A DNA stretch of 64,000 nucleotides from Callorhinchus milii. Taxonomy: Eukaryota. The stretch is taken from the NCBI RefSeq assembly GCF_018977255.1, contig NW_024704742.1, positions 53,508,001-53,572,000 on the forward strand, in the 5' to 3' direction. The translations under genes and the position numbers were made by a program. Each line of letters starts with the position of its first letter. Within the stretch, counting starts at the first letter, position 1. Below the pieces are notes generated by a model. That model worked only from the letters and a program-made list of their open reading frames with translations. It made no database searches and had not been told where the DNA came from. Shown here in pieces: positions 47,031 through 61,102 of the stretch.

Positions 47031-48814
47031 GTTTCCTAGTACTATTTAACACTTTCACGATAAAACCACGGGAATTTTGACCATTTGATTTTTGAATATC
47101 TACACAATATCTTTAAAAATCTAGCCACTTTATCGAGGGAAAATAGAATATGCAATCTATGTGAAGTGATGACACAGAAGGAGGTAGCATCCTCTGGAGG
47201 TGAGATAAGAAATAAGGAAAAAAATTAAGCGAAACCTTCACTGAAGCCTTGCTGCTTCACATCAGTCTATGATGTGAATCCATAAACAGGAAAGATTACA
47301 AAGATCAAAAGGATTTACTTTCTTTGAAATGTTTGCCACTTGTAACCTTTTATCTTAGCACAACTCATGCACATAATTGACAATCAGTAAATTCCACAGG
47401 AACAGAGCAATACAATATTTTGCATTGAAAATATATGGCCTACTAGTTTTCTATACAGCGGCCTGTTTGTTGGCTCATGTGGTTGGGTGTGTTTTGTACT
47501 TTTCTCTCCTTCCAGGCATAAAGAGAATGCCTATTTCAACAACAGTACAGCTTGTGGGAACTGTAACTAGGCAGGTGTCTGAGAAATTGATCCTGGTAAT
47601 GCTGAAATTACAGAAAGGCCCAGAGGATTTTTGCCGAAGCCTCAAGGGACATCCTCCTCATGCAAGGGATACAGTTGCAGGTGGTGACATTGGCTTTGAG
47701 CAAATGAACTCTAACTTGAACTTGCTTGTCAGACAAATTGTTCCAATACAACTGTCATTGAGGTTATTGGAGCACACAAAATTCTCTAAATCATGCCTTA
47801 GATCAACATACAAAAAGGCAATTCTGCATCCATTAGAAAGAAAGTTTGATTTTTCTTTTCAATCTGAAAGCACTTGATTTTTTAATGTCGAAGGCTTTGA
47901 TTTTATGAGATCTGAACTTGTACGATGACAAGCACTCCATCAAGTTCTCTTCATATTGCTCTAGGACAGCAAGTTGAAATCAAAATGTCTAGACTTGTGA
48001 TGGTGACAAGCAGAATCCCTTGTCCAATCAGTCAAATGTCAGGTTTTGAGTGATCCAGATGACTGAGCACCGTAAACAATTTGATTTCAAGTTTATTCTG
48101 TCCGGAGAGACACAAAAGCAGGCGCTGTTGATACTAGAGTTATTGCTGTATTTTCTAGTCAGTGCATTGTGCTTAGTCAAATAAATTAACCAAAAAAACA
48201 AGTTTGTTGTTTCATTAGAAAACTGGATTAAGAAAAATTAAGTGAAATAAACGAAAATTATCACTTTTTCTGAGGAGAGGCTCAGAAACCTGAACTTATT
48301 CACAAAAAGATGAAGGGTGGAAATCTTTAAAATGCTAAGAGGCTATATGAAATAGTTTTACACAAGGTAGTTGACTTAGAAAGTGATATTGTCCTGGAAT
48401 ATACAGTGCAGGGCTCCAATTACAAAGCAGGGCAAGCAGTTAGAAAGTATGCTCCACTTAGAATACTACTAATTGGCTAATTCTCACATCTGGTTGTATC
48501 ATCTTCATGTTGGATTGTGAACTTATAATTTAGTGCAGTTTTATGGAAGCATTGCATTGTTCATGGTGCCATATTTCAGATGAGAACTCTTACAATACAA
48601 TGTCCACATAAGCTAGTGTTGAATCTTATGACGTGTGATTTTTGTCCCCTTTAACAAAAATGTCACTGAAATTTAATCGTCAGTAGGCCTGGGGACAACA
48701 TTCTTCTAATATCTAGGGCTAAAAATGCCTTGAGGGCATGATGTAACCAAATTTTATGTGCTTGTGATAAATATTACTAGTTATGCATAAAGTATAAGAA
48801 ACCCTTTCATTTAA

Positions 48815-49030
48815 TATGGATAAAGAAAGTCCTTCTTAAATGCTTCCTTGTCTCCATCACCCTTCCTGGTAACCTATGTTGAGATGTCCTCCTGATGTGA
48901 ATGGTACTATACAAATCTAACATGTAACGTATACCTGTTAACTACGCTCTATGTAAAGGAATACTTCCTGGTGTCAGTCTTTAAATTACCCTTCACAAAT
49001 CTTTAGCAATACCCTTTTATACTACTACAA
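48815..49030 (-). mobile_element. CR1 3' fragment, degenerate
   Basis: CTTCTTAAATGCTTCC...CCATCACCCTTCCTGG, CTTCCTGGTGTCAGTCTTTAAATTACCCTTCAC resembles 59260-59390. Confidence 0.55.
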
Positions 49031-50059
49031 TGACATATCTTGTCTTACTCAACACCAACTGCATAATCCAGGTACTCATGTAAGGGGTCTTGGCAAATAG
49101 ACATGCCCATCGTGAAGCAAATTTCACTTTATGTGTGCTCAGGAACAAATCAGTGGAGTCACTCCCTGTTCCCACAAATCCACCTTGCTGCGTGGGTTCC
49201 GGACTTCACGAATAGACCAAAGAAAAGTCCTCCTCTGCAGGCCCTGAAGCTTGTAACCTTGAAGAAAAACTGTTTGGACATAAAAGTCTTACACATTCTT
49301 CAGCTACATTTGGCCTTACTGTTATTGAAAAGAGACAAGGACAACCAGAATGCTGTTCAGCCCTTCTCAGTGCAGTCATGAAAGATAGTCCAATCAAATG
49401 TTAGTTTTCACCCAACCCCCTAAATACTGATATGTATCAACAAGTGATCAACTAGATTGAAGGCCTAATGGAAATTGATGAACACAACATAGGTGGGTTT
49501 CCCCTTATGACATCTCATACAAAGCACAATCTGCCCCAGACACTTCTCACAATTTTCAACTAAGGATTTGTAGAAAGTTACGCATTTTAAAATGTGTGCA
49601 TTGTAGGATATTGGGACCTGCTAAATTGCAGCACAGATTAATGCTTTACTATATTTTGTGTGTAATACATTTCAGTTCCAATATTAGGTATGTTTAATGA
49701 TCACCATTGGCAGATTTCTTAGTATTTGCAGCAATGCATTTGGAGCCTTTTCAGGGAACTGTTAATTACCATTATCAGTGAGAGCTTCTATTATAGCTAC
49801 AAGGAATTAATGTGCACAAAATGATACCTAAATTGTACCTATTGAACCTCTGAATTGTTGGCAAGTGAAATGAAGCACAAGCAATAAATAATTAGGATCA
49901 AGCACATGCTTTTGAAAACAATCCAAATGAGATTCTGATGGAATGAAGGATCATTAATTGATTTAATAGCTTATATTTCTGACAGAATAACAAAAACAAA
50001 AAAAGGAGCACTTTCAATACATATTATATCACAGGAAAGGTTCTTCACTTTAGTTTGTA

Positions 50060-50470
50060 ATAATAAAATAATCATTGCAATATATATAGCACCCTGTCAC
50101 ATTACCTCAAAGTAATTTACAGGATTTACTGTAAAGTATAGTGACTGTACATTTGTAGGTGAATGCAACAGCCAATTTGCAGACAGCAAATAGCCATGAA
50201 GTGAATGAGCAATTTTATCTGGGGGATTGTTGGCCAGGACACCAGGAGAAACTCCTACTTTCTCAATAGTACTATAGGATCTTTAATACCCATCTTAACA
50301 GACAGAACAGACCTTGTTTCAATATTTTATCCGAAGGAAGGCATTTCTGACAATGCTGTTGTCCCCCAGTATTGCACGTAAGTGTCAGAATAAACTATGA
50401 GCGCAAAGTTTCAAATAGGAGTTGAACCTATAATCTTCTGACTCAGAGGCGAGATTGCTCCTAACTTAGG
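50060..50470 (-). mobile_element. Old DeuSINE-type SINE, full length
   Basis: Tail, GCCAATTTGC...AGCCATGAAGTGAATG, GTTGGCCAGGACACC, GGATCTTTAA, head GTTGAACC...CTTCTGACTCAGAGGCGAGA. Confidence 0.85.
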
Positions 50471-51719
50471 CAGATTTATACCTTTTATTAGTTATACATA
50501 GCAATCCTTGCACTTTGATATCAAGCCTTATCACTTTGTCTGACTGTCTTAAAATGCTTCATGACAGTGTATTTATATCAGTCTGCATTATCTCTTACTT
50601 AAGCTAAACTGCTGCTTTCCTCACATTACTAACAATAAACCACAAATATAAAATTCAACATGTTATTGAGCTTTGCTTTTGAAATTGTGATCTTAATTCC
50701 CATCTCTGCTTATCTTGCTGCATCTGGTAGGCACATAAATAGTTAAAGTCAGCCTGATGTCTGACACAAAGAATATGCAATGACTCAATTCACAAAAGTG
50801 CATGCACTTTTTCCCAGAATGGGATATCCTATCTGTTGGCCCGGCAGAGAGCTAATGAAATTCATCACACACATGGTTGGCAAAGTGGAGTGTCAGCCAC
50901 TGATGAGACCTAAATCAATAACTAAAGCAGTGTGCGTGAAATGGCTGTATTATTGGGACTCCACCAGAAGTCATTTCTGGCTTGTAAAATCTGTGAAACA
51001 GAGCAAGAGGCAATGTTCAAAACCAGCAGCACAGGAGGAGCTAATGAAGATTGCCTCTTACCTACAATTATATGTGGTGACCAGGGACATACGTAGCTGT
51101 CAAAACTTAATTTATGTTTCAGTGCTGTGCGTACACTCTGATAACACTAATCTTCTACACTTTAACAGGCACAAACCTGAGAGCTCTATGTTAGCACAAT
51201 TGAGGATAAGTATTGTATAAATTGGCAAAATTATGAAGTACAGCAAGCAATATCTATACAGCAGGACTGAAACTGTACTAATACTGGAACTTACTTTAGT
51301 ACTCGCTGGCAGATTAGACTGTATTACAAAAACATTTCACAATAACTTGGGGGATGGTTAGTATTCTCCAGATGATGAAAGGGTGAAAAGGGTGTTCATT
51401 CCTAACCTTATCATAAAGGGAAGGACACAAAAGGACCACATTTTCAGTCCTTGTAGTAATTATTACATCATTATATAAAATAATAATATTTGATATAACA
51501 CTTTCATGTCAAGAGCACATATCAAAGTACTTCACAAGGTATGCCATAAAGTGTAAAAATTGTACTTTGTAGGCAAACCAATTTGCACATAGCAATATCC
51601 CACAAACAGCCATTAATTGAATGAATATGTTTAATGTTTATTCGTATCACAATTACTCAAGTAATACTTAGATGAGGCATTATGCGATGGCAATCTTGGC
51701 TTGTTTTGTTTAATAATAA

Positions 51720-52085
51720 CCCTTGCTTCACAGAGTTTTCTGAAGTCATTTTGTATTTGTAGGCAAATGTGGCAGTCAATTTGTGTACAACAATGTCCCA
51801 CAAACAGGTGTGAAGTGAATGACCATTTCTTTTAAACTGTTGGTTAGGACAACAGGAAAAACTTCCTTCTCTTTTCATGGAGTATATCATGGGATCTTTA
51901 ACATCCACCTCAACAGGCAAATGGGACCTCAGTTTAAATTTTCATGCAAAGGACTGCGACTCCAACGCTTCCCCCAGCACTGTAATAGAGAGCCAGCCTA
52001 TTCTCTGAGCTCAAAGTCCTGACGTGGGGCTTGAACTCATTACATCCAACCCAGTGTGACAGTGCTACCAACTGAGCCAAGCTGC
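51720..52085 (-). mobile_element. Old DeuSINE-type SINE, near full length
   Basis: CATGGGATCTTTAACATCCACCT...CCTCAGTTTAA...GTGGGGCTTGAAC...TGCTACCAACTGAGCCA. Confidence 0.85.
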
Positions 52086-52605
52086 CACCTGATTTAATTT
52101 CAAATCTCTCGTAACATCTGTACAGCAAACTGTCCTGTATGTTAGCTGCCAAATTGCAGTACACAAAGAGCAGAGAGCTGTACAAATCAATCACCTCTCA
52201 TCAAACACCTACATTGTTGCAATACAGACATAAGTACTGGCTGTGTTTCCAGAAGCAATGTCCTGATCTCAATGAGTAGGATAGCATCTGATTGTTGCAC
52301 AAGGGCTGTTGAGAGCTACTATCAATCTTGCACACTTCATCCCAGGAATTGAGTTCAGCTCCTATTTCCCAGCCCCATCTCTTTCATTTTGTTTTAAACT
52401 AGTTGTGCAATCTGCACAGTCCTTTCCTTAGACGCATGAGGCATAGAAAATGCCCATTCCAACATTTCATGATGAATCTGAAATGACTATGTACTGTGGC
52501 TATGTACTATGTACCTATTTAAACATGCTATCATCATTCAATCAACATGCTATGTTGATTGAATGTTGATATGTTGATAACAAACATGCTATCAACATAT
52601 CAACA

Positions 52606-52714
52606 TTCACCCATTAAATATACAGTAAATTCACTTTACAGTATATTCTGTGAAGCGCTTTAGACATCTTGAAGATGTGATAAGGCGCTATATCAAATGC
52701 AAGGATTATTATTA
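52606..52714 (+). mobile_element. Young SINE 3' fragment with hairpin-rich 5' junction
   Basis: TTCACCCATTAAATATACAGTAAATTCAC...GATAAGGCGCTATATCAAATGCAAGGATTATT. Confidence 0.88.
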
Positions 52715-53459
52715 TGACTCCTAAAGCAGGGAAGTACTGTTGAGATTGTGCCCATTCTTCAAGTGAATGTTAATGTGAAGAGAGTTTCCCCTTGGCCAAC
52801 AATCGTTCAGATGCAATGGTTATTCTTTTAGCTGATTAACCTCTGGCAGTACCCCCAATGCATTCTCTGGGTTATCCAAGACAGGAGATGGACTTCTGAG
52901 TTTAAAGTTCTGATGTGGGGCTTGAAGCCACAACCTTCTGACTCACAGGTGAGAGTGTTATCAACAGGGCCAAGCTAACACCTAGCAACATGAATAAGGG
53001 CAGGGAGGAGTGGAGGTGGGGTGATAAGTGCTAGAAGGTTGGGGAAGTATCCTCTGGAGATGAGAAGGTTGAGGACTGATTTAATTTTCGTAAACAGATT
53101 ATCTGTTCTTGCTAACATCTGTATTCTATGCAAGCCTTCTGATTGCTTGCTGCAAAACACCGAGAAGCCTTCCTTCACTGGGTTGTGTGTCTTCCATCTT
53201 TTTGGCACCCCACTTTACAATGAGTTCCTTGCTGATTAGGTGGAGGAGCATTTCCTTGGCCTCTGAGTTCTGCTCTTCGTTGAAGCAACCACCTCTACTC
53301 CTTATAGAACTGTAGAAATGTACAGAAAGCTATTTGGCCCATCACATCTGTGCTAGCAATTCATTCGGTCTCATTTACTTGCCTTTTTTCATACTTTATT
53401 TCTTTTTCCTATAAATGATTTCTTATAGAAATTATTTTCTTTCTCCTCATGGTGCTGTT

Positions 53460-53765
53460 TATCAGCCTGGCTCAATTGGTAACACTCTTGCTTCTGACTC
53501 AAAAAGGTTGACTGACACGCCAGAACAGGGCTAGGGTTCTGCATTTTCGGAGGGGCCATACTTTGGATGAGACCTGAAACCAAGATCCAGACTGCCTGTT
53601 CAGGTGGATGTTAAACATTCTAATAGTACAATATGAAAAAAGAGGGGAGTTTATCCTGGTGTCCTAGCCAACAATACCCAGATTAAAATAAAATTGGTCA
53701 TCACTTTTTGGCTGTTTGTGGGACACTGCTGTGAACAAATTGGCTGCTGTGTTCATCTACAAACC
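53460..53765 (+). mobile_element. Old DeuSINE-type SINE with internal deletion
   Basis: TGGCTCAATTGGTAACACTCTTG head, GGATGAGACC, CAGGTGGATGTTAAA, GGCTGTTTGTGGGACACTGC. Confidence 0.8.
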
Positions 53766-55261
53766 CCGATGCTCTAACCCTGCCAAATCACTGGAAAATT
53801 TGATCCCTCCATCTCTGAGATCCCTCTGTCTCTGAAATGATTTGTGCTATTTCAGAGGCTGCAGTTCTCATGAGAGATCATTTATTCAGGCATTAAAACC
53901 AAGGACACTCAATGACCTTCATTTGAAAGGTTTATTCAACCACCAATCTTGTCTAGTTTGACTGAGCCTCCACGTTCCTTTGCAACCTTTCTCCTATTTT
54001 CCATAGCAGCATTGTGACTGCATTCATGTGAGAACTAAGTACTGACTGTATGTTCATTTCAAAGTGTTTTCAATCCCCTTCCTTTGTACATATATTTAAA
54101 AGGATAATCTTGTTGCAATTGTAGGTTTCTTCCCAGCAAATTAAGTATTCCATAATTCAATATTTTACGTCCCATCAATATTTTGACATCTGTAAACCAA
54201 AATGATTTCAACATCAATAAATTGAATTAACATTGATGCACAGAATACTGCTAATGATATTTGATAAATGTTATAAGATTCTCCTTCCACATTCACTAAA
54301 AGATGCACATTTCATATTGAAATTCAATCTTGCAGGAATGTTAATTTCTAAAGAAAGCGGAATCTTAAATCCAGGTAAGAGAAAAATAGTGAATAGTTTA
54401 ATTAAAAACTCATCCCAAAAGAATAACAAACAAATAGACTGTATTCATAGAATGGCTTGCTTTACTTACATGTCCAGAACTTATTTACCCTTCAAATGAC
54501 CTAATTAAACCTAAATGCATTCAATGAATGAAAATTCCCAATTGTCATAAAACCAGCCAGACAGCCTGTTTAAAAGTGATTAAATAGCAATGTCACTTTT
54601 CTAACTAATGTTTCTCATCATTTCTATTTTCAAAGGTTGCTGCTGTCCCTTTTTCTTGAAAAGGAAGTAATATCTAAATGGTTCCAAATGCATTTGTTAG
54701 CCATTGCTACAAAACATCTTAATTCAGCAATATTTAAACTTAACTGCAAATAAGCATATATATGTACCTTCTAAGTTTCACCTTTTTTATTTTGCTTGAT
54801 AGAATTAATATAACAAAGAATTAATTTTAGGCATTCGCTTAACAATGGAAGTTTTTCATGAATGTCTCTAAATGAAGTTTGACTGCATAATACCCAACAG
54901 TTAATGACAGCAAGTGAATTGAAAGCAAGAGTGTTGAAATATCTATCACATTTCCTGAGGAATTATTTCTTCAATTCCTCTTTACAGCACTTTTCATTTG
55001 CGACTTCTTCTGCTCAGCTCTTCTGTTTACCCACTCCGCTTGCTATCTCAGGCTTCCTGTTCTGGGCATTCCCCATCCCTCGGCCCCATCATTATTGGCC
55101 AAGGCTTCAGCAACTACACTCCTAACGTCTGGACCTCTCCACTCTACCTCTCCATTTCGTTCCATCTCTATCTGTATTTAAATTATATCTAAAAAATTAT
55201 CTCTTCAATCTGCCTACAGTCACCTTCCCCTCCTCCCTTTGCTCAGCGTCCGACCCTGTCT

Positions 55262-56055
55262 TTGTGAGACATTATCCTATAGCTTGTCTAACGGACATCA
55301 AGGTCTGGATGAGTGCAAATTTTCTGCAGCTGAACGTCAGCAAGATGGAAGCCATACTCTTTGGCTCCCATCAATGTCTCCTTTCCTGCACTCCTCAACC
55401 TCCCCTGGCTCTCTCTCAGACCCACTGAACCATAGCGCAATCTAGGTGTCAGTTCGATCCGCAGCTTTCCTTTCTCCCCCACATCCGTTCCCTTACCAGG
55501 ACCACTTTTTTCCATCTCCATCACGTTGCCCGCCTCCGTCTGTACCTCACACCCACAGCAGCCAAAACCCTTGTCCACGCCTTTGTCACTTTCCGGCTGG
55601 ACTATCCCAATGCCCTCCTCGCTGCTCTCCCCAGCTCCACCATACACAAAATTCAATTAATTCATAACTCTGCCACTCAGATATTCATCCACACAAAATT
55701 CCCATCACACCAGTCCTTGCTAGGCTCCACTGGCTCCCAATTATCAAACGGATCGACTTTAAGATCCTGTCACTCATTTTCAAATTCTTTCATGCCCTCA
55801 TACCTCCCTACCTATCCGATTTGCTTACCCCCCCATTCCACCACCTGCTGCCTCCGCTCGTGCAGCTCCGGCTTCCTGTTCATCCCTCCCCCCTCCACTC
55901 CACTATCGGTGGCCATGCTTTCAGCCACTATGCCCCGCAGCTCTAGAACTCTCTCCCTCAATTCCTCCTCCTTGCTCCCTCTCTTCCCACTTTCAAATCC
56001 CACCTAAGGACCTTCCTTTTTGATTGTGCTTACGGTCACCTCCCCCTTCCCTCAG
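55262..56055 (+). mobile_element. 5'-truncated degenerate L2 LINE
   Basis: ACLTDIKVWMSANFLQLN, TLVHAFVT, LHWLP, FKSHLRTFLFD across frames. Confidence 0.88.
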
Positions 56056-56057
56056 AA

Positions 56058-56165
56058 GTCAATATACAGTCAATTTACTTTACAGTATAATCTGTGAAGT
56101 GCTTTGAGATGTCTTGAAGACATGATAATGCGCTATATTAAATGCAAGGATTATTATTATTATTA
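56058..56165 (+). mobile_element. Young SINE 3' fragment
   Basis: AATATACAGTCAATTTAC...AAATGCAAGG(ATT)n. Confidence 0.85.
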
Positions 56166-57482
56166 CACAGAACTTTATCACATAGCAACATCTCAAAGCA
56201 CTTCATAGTAATTACCTAAGTATGTTTTTCTAGGCAAACAAAGCAGTTATGTGTGCCAACAAAATTCTACAAACATCCAGGAGGTGAATAATTAATTAAT
56301 TTGGAGGCTGGTTGGTGAGGACACTGGGAGAAGCTCCATTCTCTTTTCAAGTAATGTTATACATTCACGTGTAAAGGCAAATAGGATTTCACTTTATCTA
56401 ATCCAATTTGCATTTATATAGTGCCTTTCAAGTCAGGAGGACATCTGAAAGCATGTTTCAGTGTTAACTGGGAACCTGAGCCCAGGATGGGGTGGGAACT
56501 GAAGAAATTGGGATTGGGAAAGATGACCAAAAAGATTAAAAAGCTAAGTCTTTAAGCAGGCTTTGAGGGGTGAGTTGGAGAGACTCCAGGGTGGAGTTCC
56601 AGGAAGTGGGGGGAAGAATGGCTGAAAGGTCTCCTGCTGATGTTGAGTCAGACAGGGCAGGGAACATGAAGCAGGTTTGTGTTCACTGAATTTAACATCT
56701 CATCCAAAAAACATCTCTAGCAATGTATTGTTTGAACCTACAATTGTCTAACCCAGATTGGGCAGTTCAGTCATTTGAGCCAAACTGAGATAGAGAGAAG
56801 ACTTTTTGATTGTGAGTATCTTCCTGATTGTTAAAGTTTTGCCCTTGGAGCCAAAAAAAAACAGTATTGATGACACTCAGAGAAATGGCTTCACACTATA
56901 TGAACTATCCTGAAAATTCAACATGATTGTCAGGAAATAGGTCTGTACAAAAGAATGTACAGTTTTTGCAAAAGTACAATACAAATTTACATTTATATAG
57001 CACCATTCACATCGAGAGTGTCCCAAAGTGCTTAACACTATTGGTCACATGAGCTAGGAGACCGAGAAGGGGGAAAGAGAATGGGGAGATGGAGTACGGG
57101 GGGAGAAGATGGAAAGTGTGGTGAAAGAAATAGGTCTTGAGATAGTAAAGGAATGAGGTAAAGGAAGGAGTGAAAAGGTTACTAAAACAAAAAAAATTAA
57201 AAAATTTAATTTATAGATTTTTACAGAGATATTTCTGTAAAGATACACTTATCGTAACTCAAACGTGATTCTACCAAACACTAAAAAGGAAAGTCAATAA
57301 TGAAACGCTTAAATAGCATTTGAATTAAGAGATCTATCAATATAGAGCATGAAGCAATAACAAATACAACATGTCAACAATCCATATGGTGAAATATCAA
57401 AAAAAGCATGAATTGGAGCTAAGAGAGCACAATACGTTTTGCAAATATTAACCTGTGAAACATGGAGAAGGAGCAGCTTTAC

Positions 57483-57765
57483 TATAATAATTCTTACATT
57501 TGATATAGCACATTGTCACGTCATCGAGATGTCTCAAAGCGCTTCACAGAATATAATGTAAAGTGATGTTACTGTGTACTTTGTGGGAGAATGTGGATAC
57601 CAATTTGCCCATAGCAATGTCCCACAAACAGCCTTGAATGAGAAACCAATTGGGAGAGTTTGGGCCAGGACAATAGGAGAGACTCTCTTCTCTTTTCGAA
57701 TAGTGCCATGGGATCATTAACGTCCATCTGGACAAGAAGCCGGGACTTCAGTTTAACATCTCATT
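57483..57765 (-). mobile_element. Old DeuSINE-type SINE
   Basis: GTCTCAAAGCGCTTCACAG, AATGTCCCACAAACAGCC, TTCGAATAGTGCCATGGGATC. Confidence 0.85.
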
Positions 57766-59139
57766 ATTGGTAAGGGAGAAAGTAACAGCTGTTTAGAGCC
57801 ATTACAGAGCACATATAATATTATTCTGCAGTGGTGAGATTACACAGGCTTCAATTAGTGTCATTTCAGGTTACAGTTTAACTCCCATTAGGAAGTTTTT
57901 TTTTGTTCTCTTTGTAACTGGTACATATTATAATCAATTACATACATCGCAGGGTGACTTTAAGGTTGTAACTTAATGCTGAGGCTGAAAGTTCAGGTTT
58001 GCTTTTTTTTGTTCACAATATCATCTAAAGCCCCAAAGGCAATTTGAAACATTTATCACTCCACACCATCTATCATTGTATATGTCGTTGTCACGGTCTT
58101 GGAACAAAACCTCTCCATCTCTGCAGCTCCGTTAATTACTATCTTGGAAATGTTAGTGAACGAGAACTCAGAAAGCTCTAATTTCAAGACCAGCTCTCTT
58201 GTGTGTACATGTTATTAAGGTGATTTCTTTGCTCGAGGTACCATTAAAGTATTCACAATTGCCCAAACTACTGGTGGCCCTTTGTTTGTCTTTTCAGAGT
58301 CTACTCAGCCCTTAACTCAACTAGTTAAAGTAAGAATTGAATTTTCCGATCTCTGCAATACATACATCTTTTACTATTAATATATCCATCTGGTTGTGAA
58401 CTCTACAGAAAACGTGTTGGCTACATGAGCAGGAGTACACATCAATGTAAAACATGGTGCTGAAAAAAGCAGGAGGTGAATCAGAAATCTATTTTGTGAA
58501 AAAAAGGAAAGAAATTGAAGAGTCATTGTTAAAATATACTGAAATATCCAATAATGCAACAAAAAAATACATTTAGCGAAGTGTGTAAAAAAAGAAATTG
58601 GAGTTTTAACTTTAGTTTAAAAAAAAGGAGGGAAATGCGTTTTTGTTCCTTGATGTGAATTCAGTGACAATGTTTATATTTTGAAAGATGAACAGTGCAT
58701 GTTTGCTGAAAGGATTCTTTCAGGATTTCTGCTGAAATAACAAGAACAACTTGCATTTAGATAGTGCCCTCATGCAGGGTAACGTTCCAGGGAGCTTGTG
58801 CTATGACACAAACGAGCTATGTGTAAACTCCTAGCTGCACATCAGAGGGTAGATCTTAGTGAAGATTTTTTTGTGTTTGTGGCTAGATGTACTTGAAGCA
58901 CTCCGAGACGCTACTCCATGTAAAGGACACCATATAAATGCAAGTTGTTGTTGGTGTATTCTATCAACTTAGAATTTAAAAGGCACAGGATTTCGCAAAT
59001 GGTTTATTTTTCTCTAAGTCAGTTTTCTGTAAGTTTTTTAAGAATGCGTCAGACAAAAGATAACATGAATGGATCCAGGGAAAGGGTAGGGAATTGAGAC
59101 ATAACTGCAGTATAGGAGGTAGAACAAACATATTACACT

Positions 59140-59725
59140 AGATTACAAGATTGGTCTGGGTGAAGAAGGCCCTTTGGCCTTTCCAATCTCATCATTCCAA
59201 ATAAACAACCCTACTGTCCCCTCCCTCACCCCTCCCATCACCGTTGCATCAAACTGCTTCTTAAATGCATTCACTGTCCTGGCTTTTACTATCTTTCCTG
59301 ACAACCTGTTCCGGTCATTGATTATGCTCTGCATAAAGAAAAACTTCCCGGTATCTGTCATGAAATTGCCCTTTACAATTCTAATCTAGGTCCTCTTGTG
59401 CTGGTCCCATTATACATCCTAAATTATTGATCTGGGTTTAGTTTTTCAATCTCATTTAAAATTCGATACAGCTCTATGAGGTCCCTTCTGAGTTGTCTTT
59501 ACTCAAGACTGAAGAGCCCTAGAAGAGCCTTTGTCTAGTCGCTGCTCCTAGCTCATTCCTCTAACATTGGGGATCATCCTCATTGCTTTCCTGCACCTCC
59601 TCTGGGGCCTCGACAGTCCCTTTATGTTGCAGTGACCAGAACTGTATGCGGATACAGTCTGAACAGAGGATACAGCCAACAACAGAGCATTGTACAGCCT
59701 AAGAATCATGTCTGGGGATCTCAAC
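59140..59725 (-). mobile_element. CR1-clade LINE 3' fragment
   Basis: Minus ORFs TDTGKFFFMQSIINDRNRLSGKIVKARTVNAFKKQFD and DMILRLYNALL. Confidence 0.85.
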
Positions 59726-61102
59726 CTGTTTGCTTTGTTTATTGTTGACTTATACTGTTTTGACACAGTGAGTGACAAGTAACACCCCTGAATCATATAT
59801 TGCATGGGCTGAGACTTTTCCTACTGTGCTGTATTTTATATGATTAATCCCAGCAAATGCTGCTGAATGAAATATACATTGACACCAGCAAAAAATTGCA
59901 AAATGGTGCAAAAATTAAACTTTACAGCAACAGATTACTGAAGAATCTCTTCAGAGACATTCCTTGCTAGTAAGTCAATGCTACCATTCATAGAAAGTCA
60001 AAGACATGTGTAAAATTTGATATCTGAGAGAGAATAATGTTTCACAAACACTGCTGGCTTTTACGAAAGAGATTGATGACCTCCAATAAAAGACAACATA
60101 AATGTGAAACAAAGTTATCAAAGGTCTAACAATCAGTACAGCAGCCTGAAGACACAAAGCAAGTTTATGGAACCTGTGCAGTTTTCAGATCCCCAGGGTA
60201 ATAATGTTCCACTAATTAGCTCAATGTTGTTTTAAGTCATTGGTATAACACATTTATTGCCCTATTAAACTTGTTTGGATTTGCGAATTTACAATAATAA
60301 AATCACACAAATTGAGCACAACACAAATGTTGTCATAAGAATTACCTTAAGTCAAGAAGTCCCACCTTATAGACATGACATTCCTTTCTTTTGCACATCT
60401 CAAAGTCCTCCCATTGAGCAGCAAGAAGGATTTGTCTCCCTATGCTCCTGCAAGAAGACCTGTGTTATGAGGATATGATTTTGACACCTAACTGATGATG
60501 ATGGGTCTTGAACTGTCTGCATTGTCCTGACTATGCAGAAAATAAATGCTGAATGTGTCACTGAGGTGTTGCCATTTGAATTAAAATATGCTCTGATTTC
60601 AGGTGGCATAATTAGCCATACCATAAATCATTGCTCACTTAGGGATTGTAAATTAACCTGCATTTAGCTTCCTGCTCTTTTAAAACCTCCAGAGTGATCA
60701 TCTGAATCGAAGGAGAGTGTAAATTTTTTATGTTGTAGCTTAATCATCACATTATTTTGCACATTTCACATTTTAATCCTGTTGTATTTTAGCTGTTTCT
60801 ATATCCACAAATACTAGCATTAAGGGATACAATTTTCGTCCTGTTAGTAATGTTACCGACCTCAGTGTATGATGTTTATTATTCTGTGTAATATATAATA
60901 TAATCCTTGCATTTGATATAATAACAGTAACTTATAATGAGAAAAAACATTTTTATTTATTTCTGAATTGTAATTGATAGCCATTCAAAAACCTTAACAA
61001 AATAGCTTCTTAGAAAAACACTGAGTAGATGCTTTCTCTCTTGCTGTGGAAATGTATGATGCTTTTTTTCCTGTCAGATATCATAACCTATTAGTTTTGT
61101 CT

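Noticed and set aside
47377..47877. 166-aa ORF as a host gene
   Set aside because: Non-ATG start, no recognisable domain; length attainable by chance.
50893..50960. CCACTGATGAGACC...GAAATGGCTGTA hammerhead-like boxes
   Set aside because: No stem II pairing and no stem I partner directly after the putative cleavage triplet.
50780..51220. 146-aa ORF as a host gene
   Set aside because: No recognisable family or exon context.
58738..58955. Inverted pair of L2 tails as a TIR element
   Set aside because: Arms are diverged generic L2 tails with no TSD; best explained as independent short insertions.
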